Source of the DNA: Eledone cirrhosa
Taxonomy: Eukaryota
Assembly: GCA_964016885.1 (NCBI GenBank)
Contig: OZ024743.1
Location: 375,596,001 to 375,660,000 of the forward strand
Direction of reading: 5' to 3'
Length of the DNA: 64,000 nucleotides
This document shows, in pieces, positions 42,770-59,891 of the stretch. The first letter of the stretch is position 1, and the number at the start of each line of letters is the position of its first letter. Below the pieces are notes generated by a model, which worked only from the letters and a program-made list of their open reading frames with translations, was not told the DNA's origin and made no database searches. Both the position numbers and the translations under genes were made by a program.

Positions 42770-43089
42770 CTTCAGTGGTAATCCGGATATTCTAAGACAA
42801 CCGTGTTCGCATTTGGTTAATTATACACACACACATACACACTCGCAGACACACCCACACATAAATATGTGGGTGTATATATATATAAGTGTGTGTATGT
42901 GTTTATAGGGTATATGTTTGCTTAAAGTTAACAGCTTCAAGGCAGGTTTTTCTATTATTAAAAATAGTACAGGTTGGGTATATAAGCCCCTAGAGACAGA
43001 AAAAAATGGACAGCGTCGCCTGTGGGCCATTAACTTTAAATTAACATACATTCGAAATTCATAATTCGTCCAACGGTTCTAAAAATAAG

Positions 43090-43186
<97 letters not shown>

Positions 43187-43315
43187 GTGAGGTCTTTTTA
43201 CAAAATGAAAAATAACCGAGGTGTCCTACACGAGTGAAAGTATAAAGAAAAAAAGATGAAATCGAAAATGCAACTGGAGTCTTATTTTTAAAAAAATATA
43301 TATATTTATTTGGTT

Positions 43316-43353
43316 CCTTTACCAGTTTCGCAGTTCTTCTGCTTTTCAAAAGT
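43316..43353 (-). ncRNA. Variant minimal hammerhead (UUGAAAA core) in the 3' pLTR
   Basis: Minus strand ACTT-TTGAAAA-GCAG-AAGAA-CTGC-GAAA-CTGG-TA-AAGG. Confidence 0.55.
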
Positions 43354-43757
43354 AGAGTTGAGATGGAGGGTCTGTGGTTTTTCTCACATCTGGTTGGTCT
43401 CTGAATGTTACTTGTTTTATATGGAAAAAGTGGCTCGAAATGCCAGGTTTTTCTAGAAGTAATTTGATTGGTTGGTCAATAATTATAATAAATTTCGCGC
43501 CAGTTCGCGTTACAAAGTTCTTCAAACAAGGGGGGGTTGTCACAGGTTGTTTTTTTCATATATGAGTGTTTGAATTTCTTTTTACTTAAAAAAGGGGGGG
43601 GGCTCACGAAGGCTTTTTTTTTTATAAACGTAATTTGATTGGTTATAAATGAAATTATGGCTGTCACGTGAACAAGTTTTCATTAAATTTTCGCGCCCTT
43701 ATTTGGAAATCTATTCTGTAGCCTTTTTAGAGAATTTTATGACAAGCAAAAGATAAT

Positions 43758-43944
43758 TGTTTCTACTTTAGGCACAAGGCCAGCAATTACCCAGTGCATT
43801 ACTGGTACTTTATTTTATCGACCCTGTAAGGATGAAAGGCAAAGTCAACCTCGGCGGGATTTGAACTCAGATCATAAAGGGACGTAATTATGCTGGAAAG
43901 CATGGCGTCCGACCCTCTACCGATACTGCCAATCCACCGCCCTC
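43758..43944 (-). mobile_element. Young SINE inserted in the pLTR with a perfect 20-bp TSD
   Basis: TATGACAAGCAAAAGATAAT at 43738-43757 and 43945-43964. The inverted pLTR copy near 47305-47325 has the empty site. Confidence 0.93.
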
Positions 43945-44060
43945 TATGACAAGCAAAAGATAATGGTCAAGAGAAATGGGATGGGAGAATTGTTCTGGTT
44001 TAGTGAATATAGTTAGTTCGCTGAGGTGTCAGAGTGTAAAGATATATATGTTTATATGTG

Positions 44061-44129
<69 letters not shown>

Positions 44130-47100
44130 TGGAAGATGATTCTATTAGTAGAAATGGGGAGGGAGTTGTGTGTATATAGGTGTTATGTGTGTGTGTGGGG
44201 GAGTATGTTAAGATGGAGAGAATATATATTTTGTGTGTGTGTATATATGTGTGTAGGAAAGTGATTCTATTAGTAGAAATGGGGGAGGGAGTTGTGTGTG
44301 TGGGTGTGGGGGTTGTTATGTGTGTGTATGTGTGTTATGTGTGTGGGAGTATGGTTAGCATGTTAAGATAAAGAGAATATATATATATATTGTGTGTGTG
44401 TGTAGGAAAATGATTCCTTTAGTAGGAATATTTTTGAATGAACATATTTTCCTTACCTATTCGTATTTGTTCTGTTGTATTGTCAGTGAAAACGTATGTT
44501 AAGGTTTATTTAGTTCGGGTTTTTATTTTCTAAAGTAGAAGGTGTTATGTGTGTGTGTATGTGTCTGTTTGGATGGTTAGCATGTTATGGTGTTGACATA
44601 ATGTATATTAAACCATATTTAATGCTGGTCTAGATTTTTGAATAAACATATTTTCCTTATTTATTCGTATTTGTTCTGTTGTATTGTTAGCGCAAAGGTA
44701 AAATGGGAAGACTTGGAATTTGGGTGTCTTATTACTTGCGCATATGTCTAGATATGCGCTTATTGGTATCTGTCTCGTGGTTGGATTTCGTAATTGTTGG
44801 CGATGAACTGTCATTCTGTTTCTGAGTGTGAGTTTAGTTTGTCCTATATAATCTTCATTGCATCCTTTACATTTAATGGCATAAATTAGATTTTTTGATG
44901 AACAAGTGAAGTGATTTTTACAGTAAAATTTTGTCCTGATTTAAATGTATACGTGTTGCCTTCAATGAGGTGAGTGCAGGTTCCACAATTAGAGCGACCA
45001 CATTTTTTGACACTTGGTTGTGGGTTTGTGGTAGGTAATTTGGCATTGGTGAGTAATGTTTTCAGTGATTTCGGTTGTCTTTTGCTTTTGATTATTTTGT
45101 GTGTTTCAAGGGCTTTTTTCATTCTTGGGTTTTGTTTTAGTAGTGGGATGTTCTTGTGAATAGTGCTGTAAGCTTCCGCATTTCTTGGGTGGGTGTTGAG
45201 ATATATGATAGAATATTGGACGTACCTTGAATTTGTTTCTGTTTTCGTAATTCATCAATGCCTATTGCTTTAGCCCTTTCTATTCCATTATTTATTAGTA
45301 ATAGTGGGTACTCTCTTTCGAGTAGAATTTCCTTTAATTCTTGAAGTCTTTTATTTCGCGACTCATAATTGGAGACAATTGTACAAATTCTTCTTTCTAG
45401 GTTAAAAGGAATGTTCGTCTTCGTGTGCTTTGGATGGTTGGAGGTGAATAGCAGGTATTGTTTGGAATCTGCTGGTTTGTAATGTATGTCAGTTTCAATA
45501 TTTTTGTCTTTTTTTAAGATTAAGATGTCCAGAAATGGGAGTTGATCTTGGCTGTATTCCATTGTGAATTGGATGTGGTTATTGATGCCGTTTATTAAGT
45601 TTTTGAAATCCTTCAGTTGGTCGAGTGTGTGGGACCAAAGAATGAGACAATCAACCAAGTAGCGTTTCCAATTCTCTGATAAATATTTGTGGAAGTTAAA
45701 TCCGTATTTTGATTTGGACTGTTCATATATCTGGACTTCTAAGTATGCCATGACTAAGTGGGCATAAGTTGGAGCGGCTTTTGTACCCATCGCAGTCCCC
45801 GATATTTGCTTGTAACTACTGCCATCGAAATCAAAAAAGTTGTTCTGTAAGATGAATTTTAATCCCTCGGTGATGAAGCTTTTTTCAATTCTGTCAGGTA
45901 TCTCATTGGGATATTTCTCTAGCCAGAATCCTATTGCTTCTAGGACGTATTGGTGTGGGATCGTTGTGTAGAGATTCACTACATCGAAAGACACAATAAT
46001 AGTGTCGTTGTTGACATGTTTGGAGGGGGGTTAAGAGGTCCAGATCGTCTCTTACAAGGCTTGGTATGTGTTTGAGAATTGGTTTTAGTAGTATGTCTAT
46101 AAAGTTTCTCAGTCTGTGTGTTTCACATTGTGGGCCCGCTACAATTGGTCTTAATTGAAGGTCTGTGGGGTATTGTGTGTTCACGCAGGCTGAGGTGGAT
46201 TGTTTACAGGCATCGTTAATTATTTTACACTTGTAGATCTTCGGAAGTCCGTAAAGATTGCTGGTTTTGTATTCAAAATGTGTTAAATAATCGCGTTCCT
46301 TTTTAGTTAGGTCTTCCTGGTATCGATAAATCAGTGTGTTTAATCTGGTCATTGTTTTTGATTGCTGGTAGTTTTTTACTCTTTCATAGTAATTAGTATT
46401 TTGTAAGAGAGAGAACATAGAATTTTTATATGTTTCAGCCTCCATAATGACAACAGTACTTCCCTTGTCCGCTTCCTTAATTATAATGTCCGTATTGTTT
46501 TTTAGTTCATGGATAATCTCCCATTCCCTTCGACTCGTGTTGGGTTTGGGTTTAGGTTGCGGTAGTTCATGGTATGGGAAAGTAGCTATGTGGTCACAAA
46601 ATTTGTCCAGAACTCTGTTTCTACCTTTTGTTGGGTTGTAGCTGCTTTTATTCCGTACAATTGATTCGTCGTTATTCTCCTTGTCAAAGAATTCCTCTGT
46701 GAGACGTAATTTTCTACAGAAGTGTGAGATATCGTCATTCATCTCATTGGGGTTAGAGTATTGTGGTGTTGGTGTGAATTTCAGTCCTTTGGAGAGAATT
46801 TTTACTTGTTGGGCTGAGAGGTTTGTATTTGAAAGGTTGATTATTTTCGGTTTTTCAAAATCGGTTTGTGCCACCGGGTGTCGTGGGTCCTGTAGCCTTG
46901 GTCTAAAAAATGATTTTTCTGGAATGTTTTTTCAATGGTATTATTATATCTAATGGTATTTCCCCTGTTGTTGTGTGGTCTTGTATAGAAGTTTCGGACG
47001 TATTGAGGTTCGGTTTGTTGATAGTCCGGGTTGTAGATTTTGTTCCTTTGTGTGGGTTGGGATCTACGGTTTTGGAACAGGTTCTGTGTGGGCAGGGGTC

Positions 47101-47147
47101 TACGGTTAAAGCCTTCGTGAGCCCCTTTTTTTAAGTAAAAAGAAATT

Positions 47148-47180
<33 letters not shown>

Positions 47181-47713
47181 GCACACAAATAAACATACAT
47201 ATCTTTACTTTCTTTATTCAATAGAAAATCTGAATTCTAACACCCCAGCGAACTAACCATATTCACTGAACCAGAACAATTCTCCCATCCAATTTCTCTT
47301 GACCATTATCTTTTACTTGTCATAAAATTCTCTAAAAAGGCTACAGAATGGATTTCCAAATAAGCGCGCGAAAATTTAATGAAAACTTTCACGTGACAGC
47401 CATAATTTCATTTATAACCAATCAAATTACGTTTATTAAAAAAAAGCCTTCGTGAGCCCCCCCCCCCCTTTTTTTAAGTAAAAAGAAATTCAAACACTCA
47501 TATATGAAAAAACAGCCTGTGACACAACCCCCACCCCTTGTTTGAAGAACTTTGTAACGCGAACTGGCGCGAAATTTATTATAATTATTGACCAACCAAT
47601 CAAATTACTTCTCGAAAAACCTGGCATTTCGAGCCACTTTTTCCATATAAAACAAGTAACATTCAGAGACCAACCAGATGTGAGAAAAACCACAGACCCT
47701 CCATCTCAACTCA

Positions 47714-47751
47714 CCTTTTGAAAAGCAGAAGAACTGCGAAACCGGTAAAGG
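47714..47751 (+). ncRNA. Variant minimal hammerhead (UUGAAAA core) in the inverted pLTR
   Basis: CCTT-TTGAAAA-GCAG-AAGAA-CTGC-GAAA-CCGG-TA-AAGG: perfect stems I and II, palindromic CCGG loop, AATAAA downstream. Confidence 0.65.
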
Positions 47752-47880
47752 AACTAAATAAATATATATATATTTTTTAAAATAAGACTCCAGTTGCATT
47801 TTCGATTTCATCTCGTTTTCTTTATACTTTAACTCGTGTAGGACACCTCGGTTATTTTTCATTTTGTAAAAAAACCTCAC

Positions 47881-47911
<31 letters not shown>

Positions 47912-48107
47912 AAGAGAGTGGCAGGGAGAGAAAGAGAGAGGGAGGGGGAGTAAGTGGGATAGAGAAAAGCCGACAAATGGTTGGCGGAGTGCTAGTTTTG
48001 AATAAATATATATATTACCAGTCAGGTGAGTGGCCGACAGAGTAAAGGTGTAATGTAGCTGTCTGTTAGTTTTGTGTAACTTGTGAAATTATGTGTATTC
48101 TTTGTTG

Positions 48108-48145
<38 letters not shown>

Positions 48146-48151
<6 letters not shown>

Positions 48152-50750
48152 TATAAATATTAATAAAATAGATGTTCTTTTGATCAATTACATTTTATTA
48201 TACATATTTCGGATGTACAGCAGTACGTCCTCATCAGATAAAATATAATGATACATGACATACCCTGAGATGTTAAATGGTTAAGATTTAATCAAGGTAG
48301 TGATTAACCTAAGAGAAAATTTAACATATGTACCCTAATTTTGAGAAAATGCGAAAACGTAATAAATTCATTAGAGAATGTGTGAGTAAGAAAAATGTTG
48401 CTTAATGTAACTGTTCTAGAGATTTTAGAATGTATGATACTACGATATATCTAGGAAAACATCTCATGAATCATAACAGCCAGTGATAGCCACTGGAAAA
48501 GGATTTATAAAGAGGGAAAGATAAATGAGGGGTGGGGTGATATATGCAGAAGGAGATTTTTTTCCGAAAGTTAAACGGTTAAATTTGAAAATATTTAATT
48601 TATAATATTAGGGTGAAGACTCCAGATTTCAGGATTTGCTGGTTATTTATATATTAGTTTTATAAATTCGATAAGTGTGTTATCATTTCTAAGCTTCTGA
48701 ATTTTATGAGGGTAACATTTAAAGGATTTAGCTGGCACATAAAGAATGAAATATTATACCGTTGATTATTTACCTAAATTTAAGATACCAACATATTAGG
48801 TATGTAAAGCTTTTGAAGTACTTATTGTTATAAATATTTAAATAACGATTATGTATATAGGTATATATTAATGAGCCAGTATATTTTAGGTAAATAATAA
48901 CGACGAAGATAAAAATAAAATAAGATAATAGATTGAGGCATGTTAAGGTTAAATATACACCTATGTATAACTGGGTGTAAATGTATTAATTATTCTTTAA
49001 CCAAGATATCAACATATTAGGTATGTAGGTAGGTAAATGATAACGAAAATAAAAATGAATTGAGGCATGTTACGGCTAAATATACACCTATATATAACGG
49101 GGTGTAATGTAAATACATTAATTATTCTTAGTTCAGAGTGTACGTTTTCAAGAAATTTAGAAGTTAAGTAAAAATTGTGTATAGGAAGATATAGGGAGGT
49201 ATATATATAGATATATATTAGGTATTAGTGGTGTAGTATACTTTAGGTAAATGATAACAGTTATAATTTTATAAAGTAGAGTTCAACGTGTTACATTTAA
49301 ATACATATATATATAAGAAAAAGAATAATGAGTGCATGGATAATTCCGAGTTCAAAATAATGTCTATAATAATTTTTAGTTTGGATATTTTCTCTATATT
49401 TGAATCATATATATTGAAATGTGATAGATATATTTAAAAATATTTAAAAATATATAAAATATAATATATAACTACATACATATTATAATACATTATATTA
49501 TAAATAAGAGATCAAAAGCGCAGCAAAAATTCACATTTATATATAAGTTTGAATCTGTTTTAAATTTTAGATTTTAAAGTGCAGTAAATATATTTTACTA
49601 TCTAAACAATTATTTTGCAAAGGGCAATTAGTTTTATTTCTACAATTACATTTTGGTTTAGTATCATTTATGTTAACTCTATTATTATGATCATTATGCT
49701 GGTTTAGTTTTAGGATTTTAGTGTCTAATTTGGCATTGTTTTGGGCCATGTTACTGGTTGTAGAATGTGAGAATTTAATGGTATGTCTATTAAAAATGGA
49801 ATGGTATTTATGTTGAGTAGGGAAAGAGGTGTCAAGAGCTTTAAAGAATAATTTTGCAATTGGTGTTTTAACTGCGACCGTATGACTGGTTTAGATCTAG
49901 TTCGTATTCTCGATTTATTTAGCATATGGGTGTTTGAATTATAATTATTAGAGTTTCTCTTATATATGTTATTATTTTTATTATTATTATTAGGAATAAT
50001 AGTTGGATTATTATTATCTACATATTCTATATTATTCATATATCCTGCTCTTTTTAACGCGTTGTTGTAGTATTCAGCGTTTTTATCAAATATAGCTTTA
50101 TTGGCTGATATTTTATTAATACGTTTTTGCACACTATTTACTATAGCTTTTTTTACAGATCTCGGGTGATTTGAATAGTTACTAACATAGTTTAAGTTTT
50201 CATTAGGCTTATGAAAAGGGTAATAGAAGCCGGTGTTTAAGTTAAAGGTAACGTCAAGGAAATTAACTATTTTGGTACCATTTTCTACTTCTAATTTAAG
50301 GTCGTACGTTTTAAGGAATTCTATTATACTTTTCTTAACTCTATTTAGTTCTATATTGTTGTGTTTGACCACCGTAAATAAAATGTCGTCCCTATATAAA
50401 CCACCGGTAATCTCCGGCAGTTTTCTATTTATCATGTTTAATATGAAAATTCCCAGAAGATCTGTGATTTGCGCGGAATCAGATGCCCCCATAGTGATAT
50501 CAAAGTTTCTATCTCTATCTGAGCGTGTCCAAAATTCGTTATTGAAGTTAATAAGAGTTATTCTGGGTGTTAAAATTATATCTATTTCATCCGTGGTTAG
50601 ATCAGTATGCTTATAAGCATAATAAAGGGACTTATTTAGAAGGTTAGGTGTTATGGAAGAATAGAAGCTAGTAATGTCCATCTGGATGAATTTATGGTAA
50701 TCTACTGTAAAACTCATTCTTTGACATAATCATTGAATATTGTTTAACAC
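48146..50750 (-). mobile_element. Second, 5'-truncated Penelope-like element of a different family
   Basis: ORF 49725-50717 contains MDITSFYSSI, ITMGA, GLYRDD, NFLDVT and SNHP; CNCRNKTNCPL at 49567-49749. Long AT-rich 3' region ending in a hammerhead and (AT)n. Confidence 0.85.
48193..48243 (-). ncRNA. Minimal type-I hammerhead ribozyme in PLE 3' end
   Basis: Minus strand TTTTAT-CTGATGA-GGACGTAC-TGCT-GTACATCC-GAAA-TATGTA-TA-ATAAAA. Confidence 0.88.
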
Positions 50751-50766
50751 TTTAATATATATATAT

Positions 50767-50797
<31 letters not shown>

Positions 50798-50803
50798 AAA
50801 AGA

Positions 50804-50834
<31 letters not shown>

Positions 50835-50888
50835 TTAATATATATATATATGTGGACTATATGGTCAACTAACTGTCGTGTTACTACT

Positions 50889-50931
<43 letters not shown>

Positions 50932-50937
50932 CTGTGT

Positions 50938-51008
<71 letters not shown>

Positions 51009-51431
51009 ATGGTAGCTAAGATGCATCCATAGGCGGTATGCCGGTTGAGCACTCTATGCTCTTACAGAGCAGAGTATGATATAATATAAAACGAAAAATC
51101 AGTGATGCATATCAACTCAATTTATTGTGTGTTACAATTGTTTCGCCGGCGGACAGCTCGAGACGTGATCATTGTGATTCTGGACCCGCAGGTTCGGCGG
51201 ACACGACTAATGATTTCGGAGCATATTCTCTCACTGGGGTATCAGACCCTTTGGGCCAGAACCGTCAAGAACTTCATCTACTTCGCGCGTCCAGTGATTG
51301 GCCGCTGGTTGTCTACGTCATCATAATTCTCACCACAGGTACCAGTCCGCTGTCCATGTCTGCTACACTTCAATGAATTACTACTGCTGTGTTTGGTAGT
51401 TCACACATCCACGCACTCACACATCCACGCA

Positions 51432-51489
<58 letters not shown>

Positions 51490-51769
51490 ACGACAGTCGT
51501 ACGCATAAACTCCCGCTATACCCACACATTAAGGAGAACATATAAACATATAAACGTACGCATACATTCATCCAGAGAGGCACATGCCCACAAGCCTAAA
51601 TACATCAACACGCACACACACATGCTCATACACATGCATACGCGTATATATACACGCACACACAAACACGTACAGACATACACATAGACCCCCCTCCTCC
51701 ACCCACGCCCACACACATACACACACGTACCCATATATACACGCACAGATACACACTCGCTCGCAAACA

Positions 51770-51843
<74 letters not shown>

Positions 51844-52071
51844 AACAAGCCCTTTCCCTACAGGGGTGCTTGTACACACACATACACTGGCCCATATACA
51901 CTTTACAAATATGCGCATATTCCCATACAAACCAACGCACGCATAAAATATATATATATAGAGATAAACAGAATATACACACAAAGTCATATAAAGATAC
52001 ACAATGGGTCGTACATGAAAGGATGCATCTTGTTATAAACATGTTTACATATAACAAATATATACATACAC

Positions 52072-52105
<34 letters not shown>

Positions 52106-52110
52106 ATGTA

Positions 52111-52257
52111 TTTAACATGTCAGGGTATGTCATGTATCATTTTATTTTATCTGATGAAGACGTACTATTGAACTTGATTCAAGTACCTCTGAAATATGTA
52201 TAATAAAATTTAATTGATCACAAGAACATCTATTTTATTAATATTTGAATTTAATAT
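52111..52257 (+). mobile_element. Inverted, diverged copy of the PLE terminal repeat at 48146-48276
   Basis: Reverse complement match: TTTAACAT-TCAGGGTATGTCATGTATCAT...AAGAACATCTATTTTATTAATATTT. Confidence 0.8.
52145..52208 (+). ncRNA. Minimal type-I hammerhead ribozyme
   Basis: TTTTAT-CTGATGA-AGACGTACT...AGTACCTCT-GAAA-TATGTA-TA-ATAAAA. Confidence 0.85.
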
Positions 52258-52350
52258 TAATAACTGGAAAATATCCTCTGTAGAGTGCTTCCAGTCTACT
52301 GTAAAACACATTCTTTGATGTACTCATTGAATCTTGTTTAACTCTTTAAA

Positions 52351-55760
<3,410 letters not shown>

Positions 55761-55779
55761 AAATAGATATATAGATAGA

Positions 55780-55958
<179 letters not shown>

Positions 55959-57516
55959 TATACGTATATACTTATTTATAAAAAGTATAAAATATATTAA
56001 AAATATACACATAACGGCACATAGAGATACACAGTGTGCTATACATGAAAGGGTGCGCCCAGTTGTATGTGTCTACAGAGGTGTTGTTACGTTGCGAACA
56101 TGGATCAATCCACGTATGGAATCTTCACGCAAAGCCACATAATGGGCGTTCATGGTATTACAGTACAGAGTAGGCGCAGACCGCACATAGAGAATGCGTG
56201 CAGAATATATATAAAAACAGAAGAAGGAACGTGTATGCATACGAGATAGTACACAAGAGAAGTATGAGATACACACGTGGGTCTGTATACTGAAAATACA
56301 TTAGGTGTTACAAAATGGAATACGTGGAGAGTATGCACTCTCTATTGAAAAGATACACATGCAGGGGGTGCGTGAACCGGCCATACTGGAGTGTGTCATT
56401 GTGGTTGAAGTATAGTGTCTTATTGGTGTAAGGCATTTGACTTAATATCAATGGAATCCGGGTCAACCTGTCCCGGCTCAGGCGATGTTCTTGCCTAGGG
56501 TGACGTGCAGAGTCGGGTGGGCATCCTGGGTTATTTAGGCTTACCCCACGGGGCATATATAGTCAACAGCGTATGGTGTCTGATCTCATGAACCCGTTTC
56601 GCCACTCTGGTCGGCGTGCGCTCCGCCTTTATCTTGGGCTGTCCGGTGGATTCCATACGGAGAGTGTACACCTTTCTCTGGTCACCTCATCTTCCTTCAG
56701 TCTCACTCTCCTTGGCCGCCGCCTCGGACAGGCATAGCCTGCACTTTCTATTTCCAGCCGAATATGCATACATATATATATATATGTATGCATATATATA
56801 TATATACATATATATATATATGCATACATATATATATATATACATATATATATATATGTATGCATATATATATATATACATATATATATATATGCATACA
56901 TATATATATGCATACATATATATATATATGCACTCTCTATTGAAAAGATACACATGCAGGGGGGTGAGAGAGAGATGATATATGATATATACACCTATGT
57001 ATGTATATACATATATTTCACTCTCCCACTCCCTCTCTCTCTCTTTCTCTCTCTCTCTCTCTTTCTATCTCTCTTTCTGTCTCTTACTTTCACCTTCTCC
57101 TTCTATCTTCTCTGTTAATACGATGCTCCTACGACTCCATCAGAAGTGACAGGTCCATACACACACAAACACATACACACACACATACACATATACATAC
57201 ACACATGCATACACACATGCACACATACATACAAACATACACACACATACATACACACACACTCATATACATACATACACACATACATACATACATACAT
57301 ACATACATACATACATACATACATACATACATACATACATACATACATACATACATACAACCTCATTACTGTTATCACATCTTATTTATAATGTCCAAAT
57401 AAGGAATATTTTATGTATGGAAAACGTGTGTAACATATCTTATCTTTTGTCTCCATGGTAACTCTAACAACATATACAGTTTATCACCCAGCAACAATCA
57501 ATATTGTAACCAAAAT

Positions 57517-57915
57517 GGTCGTGGATTAGTGAAATCGGTAGAGCGTTGGATAGAAAACTATTGTGGTATTTGTATTGGCTCATTATATTGAGGGCGATGG
57601 ATTGGCAGTATCGGTAGAGGGTCGGACGCCATGCTTTGACGCATAGAGTTACGTCCCTTGCCGTTCTGAGTTCAAATCCCGCCGAGGTTAACTTTGTCTT
57701 TCATCCTCACGGGGTCGATGAAATAAAGTACCAGTAATGCACTGGGTAATTGCTGGCCTTGTGCCAAAAGTAGAAACAATTATATTCTGGGTTTAAATCC
57801 GGTTGAGGTCAAGGTCATGTTTGCCATTCAAGCTTCCTGTTTCGATAAAACAAAGTACCTGTCATTAACTGAACTTGATTGAATCAATTTGACCCTACCT
57901 CTAAAATTTGCTAGT
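57517..57915 (+). mobile_element. Young SINE (57590-57782) nested in an older SINE
   Basis: Old head at 57517-57589 and old core at 57783-57915. ATTATATT duplicated at the junctions. Confidence 0.8.
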
Positions 57916-58152
57916 CCTCCTTCTTCTTGAAGATGAGAGATGCAGATAGTGTTGTTAGATTCAACAATCTCGTGTCCATTTGTTCTATTTTTGGTTAACA
58001 CAACAGGAAGCTTCCAGTTTGAAATAAATAAACGAATTAACGATATCATTGTTACTACAAGATTTTTGTGTGTGGACGAAGTTTCTATTAGATATATAAT
58101 TCACTGTGTTCAATTGGGGCAGAAAATAGGAAATAACGAAGGTTTGGTAATT

Positions 58153-58525
58153 TTCTGTAGGTTGACGGAGGGGAACTTAAGCGTGGCAAACTAAGCATGA
58201 TAAACCTTTGAACAGAAGGCTGAAATTTTCTGGAAATGTGATGGTTTCTGAAAATAATGTTACGGCGGCGAGTTGGCAAAGTTGATCGAGCGTCGGATCA
58301 AAAATGCATTGGCATTTGTTCCGGATTTCTGTGCTCTAAGTTCTGTAGGGTGACGGAGGGGAATTTAAGCTTGGCAAATTAAGCATGATAAGCCTTTGAA
58401 AAGAAGACTAAAATTTTCTGGAAATGCGATGGTTTCTGAAAATAATGATATTGTTAAAATTTTCTAAGGCGGCGAGTTGGCAGAAATGTTAGAGCGTCGT
58501 ATTGGTATTGTTCTGGATCTCTGTG
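58153..58525. repeat. Tandem duplication (188-bp offset) including a SINE head
   Basis: TTCTGTAGG-TGACGGAGGGGAA...GAAAATAATG starts at both 58153 and 58341. Confidence 0.8.
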
Positions 58526-58720
58526 CTTTAGGTTCAAATCCCGCCGAGGTCAACTTCTCCTTTCATACTTTCGAGGTCGATAAATAAAGTATCAGTCCTG
58601 TACTGTAGTCCATTTTCCCTCTACATCTCTTTCTAACTTTCTCTCTATTATTTGGTCTCTTTCTCTAGAAGAAATCAACTGTATTCAGCCCTGGAGGGTA
58701 GATAGAGCCCATCTCCCCTA
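58468..58720 (+). mobile_element. SINE variant with extended 3' segment
   Basis: Homologous to 3117-3400. Confidence 0.7.
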
Positions 58721-59511
58721 GATTTTAAAACCCAGGACACGCCGTATGTAAGAACCACTTCCCAAAATCCCGTCAGCAATTAAGGACTTCAAATTTTGAA
58801 TTAATTGAATGGATTTAGTGAGTTAATTAATGTTAATGAATAAATTTGATATAGAAATGACAGTTTGAAAGGAATCATTTGAAATAATAATTAAGATCAT
58901 CAATTTCAAACTCCGTGTCACCTGAACTAGAAAACAGATATTTCAAATTATTCCAACTCATGTGGTTTAGCATCTGCTTGTTGGGTGGGGGTGTCTTTTG
59001 TTTCTTGTGAAATAGAAAGAGGGGGAGAAAGAGTAGGTGGGAGAGATGAGATGCCGAGAGAGAGTGAGACAGAGACAGACAGACAGGCAGAATGAGACAG
59101 ACAGAAAGACAGAGACAGACAGACAGACAGACAGACAGAGACAGACAGACAGAGACAGACAGACAGACAGACAGATAGATAGACAGAGAGAGTGATAGAC
59201 AGATCGACAGAGATAGAGAGAGAGAGGCAGAGATAGATAGAGAAAGAGTTGTTAGAAAGACAGAAAGACCTTGATGCTATTTTCGATTCGGATCCTAAAT
59301 TAGTAAGTTTAAATCACTCCCTCCTTCAGATGGTCTCTTCTTTTATTAGTTTATTAGTATCAGCCTTTAGACTGTGGCCCAGCTGCAGCAACATATTGAA
59401 GAGATTTAATTAATCATATTTAACCCTGTATTGAAATCTTTCGGCTTGTGTACATATTTTATCAAGCAAGATGTCGATGTACAAAGTTTCGGAGGATAAA
59501 CCAACGGTAAA

Positions 59512-59618
<107 letters not shown>

Positions 59619-59846
59619 TCCTACGCCCATACATGTATGACAGGCTTCTGTACAGTTTCCGTCTAAGAGAAATCGCCTGACATTGCGTTAGTTAACACAG
59701 CGCTATCATAGAGTAGAAGAGCGTTGTACAAGGTGCCCTGTAGTAAGGCTGTGACCGAAACCACGTGGTTGCATTGTGAACAACTTAATTACACAACAAT
59801 GGTATGCATTCATACATACATATATATTATACATACTTACATACAT

Positions 59847-59891
<45 letters not shown>

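Larger units (their letters stand above)
43180..47888 (-). mobile_element. Penelope-like element (RT + Zn-linker + GIY-YIG) with inverted pLTR, inactivated
   Basis: ORFs 45903-46874 and 45137-45994 (ADKG, RPIV, FDVVNLYT, GTAMG, YLVD = mutated YxDD, FLD). CGRSNCGTC linker; NLIYA...YIGQT near 44840-44890. 43180-~44070 and ~47150-47888 are inverted copies; (AT)n on both sides. Confidence 0.92.
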
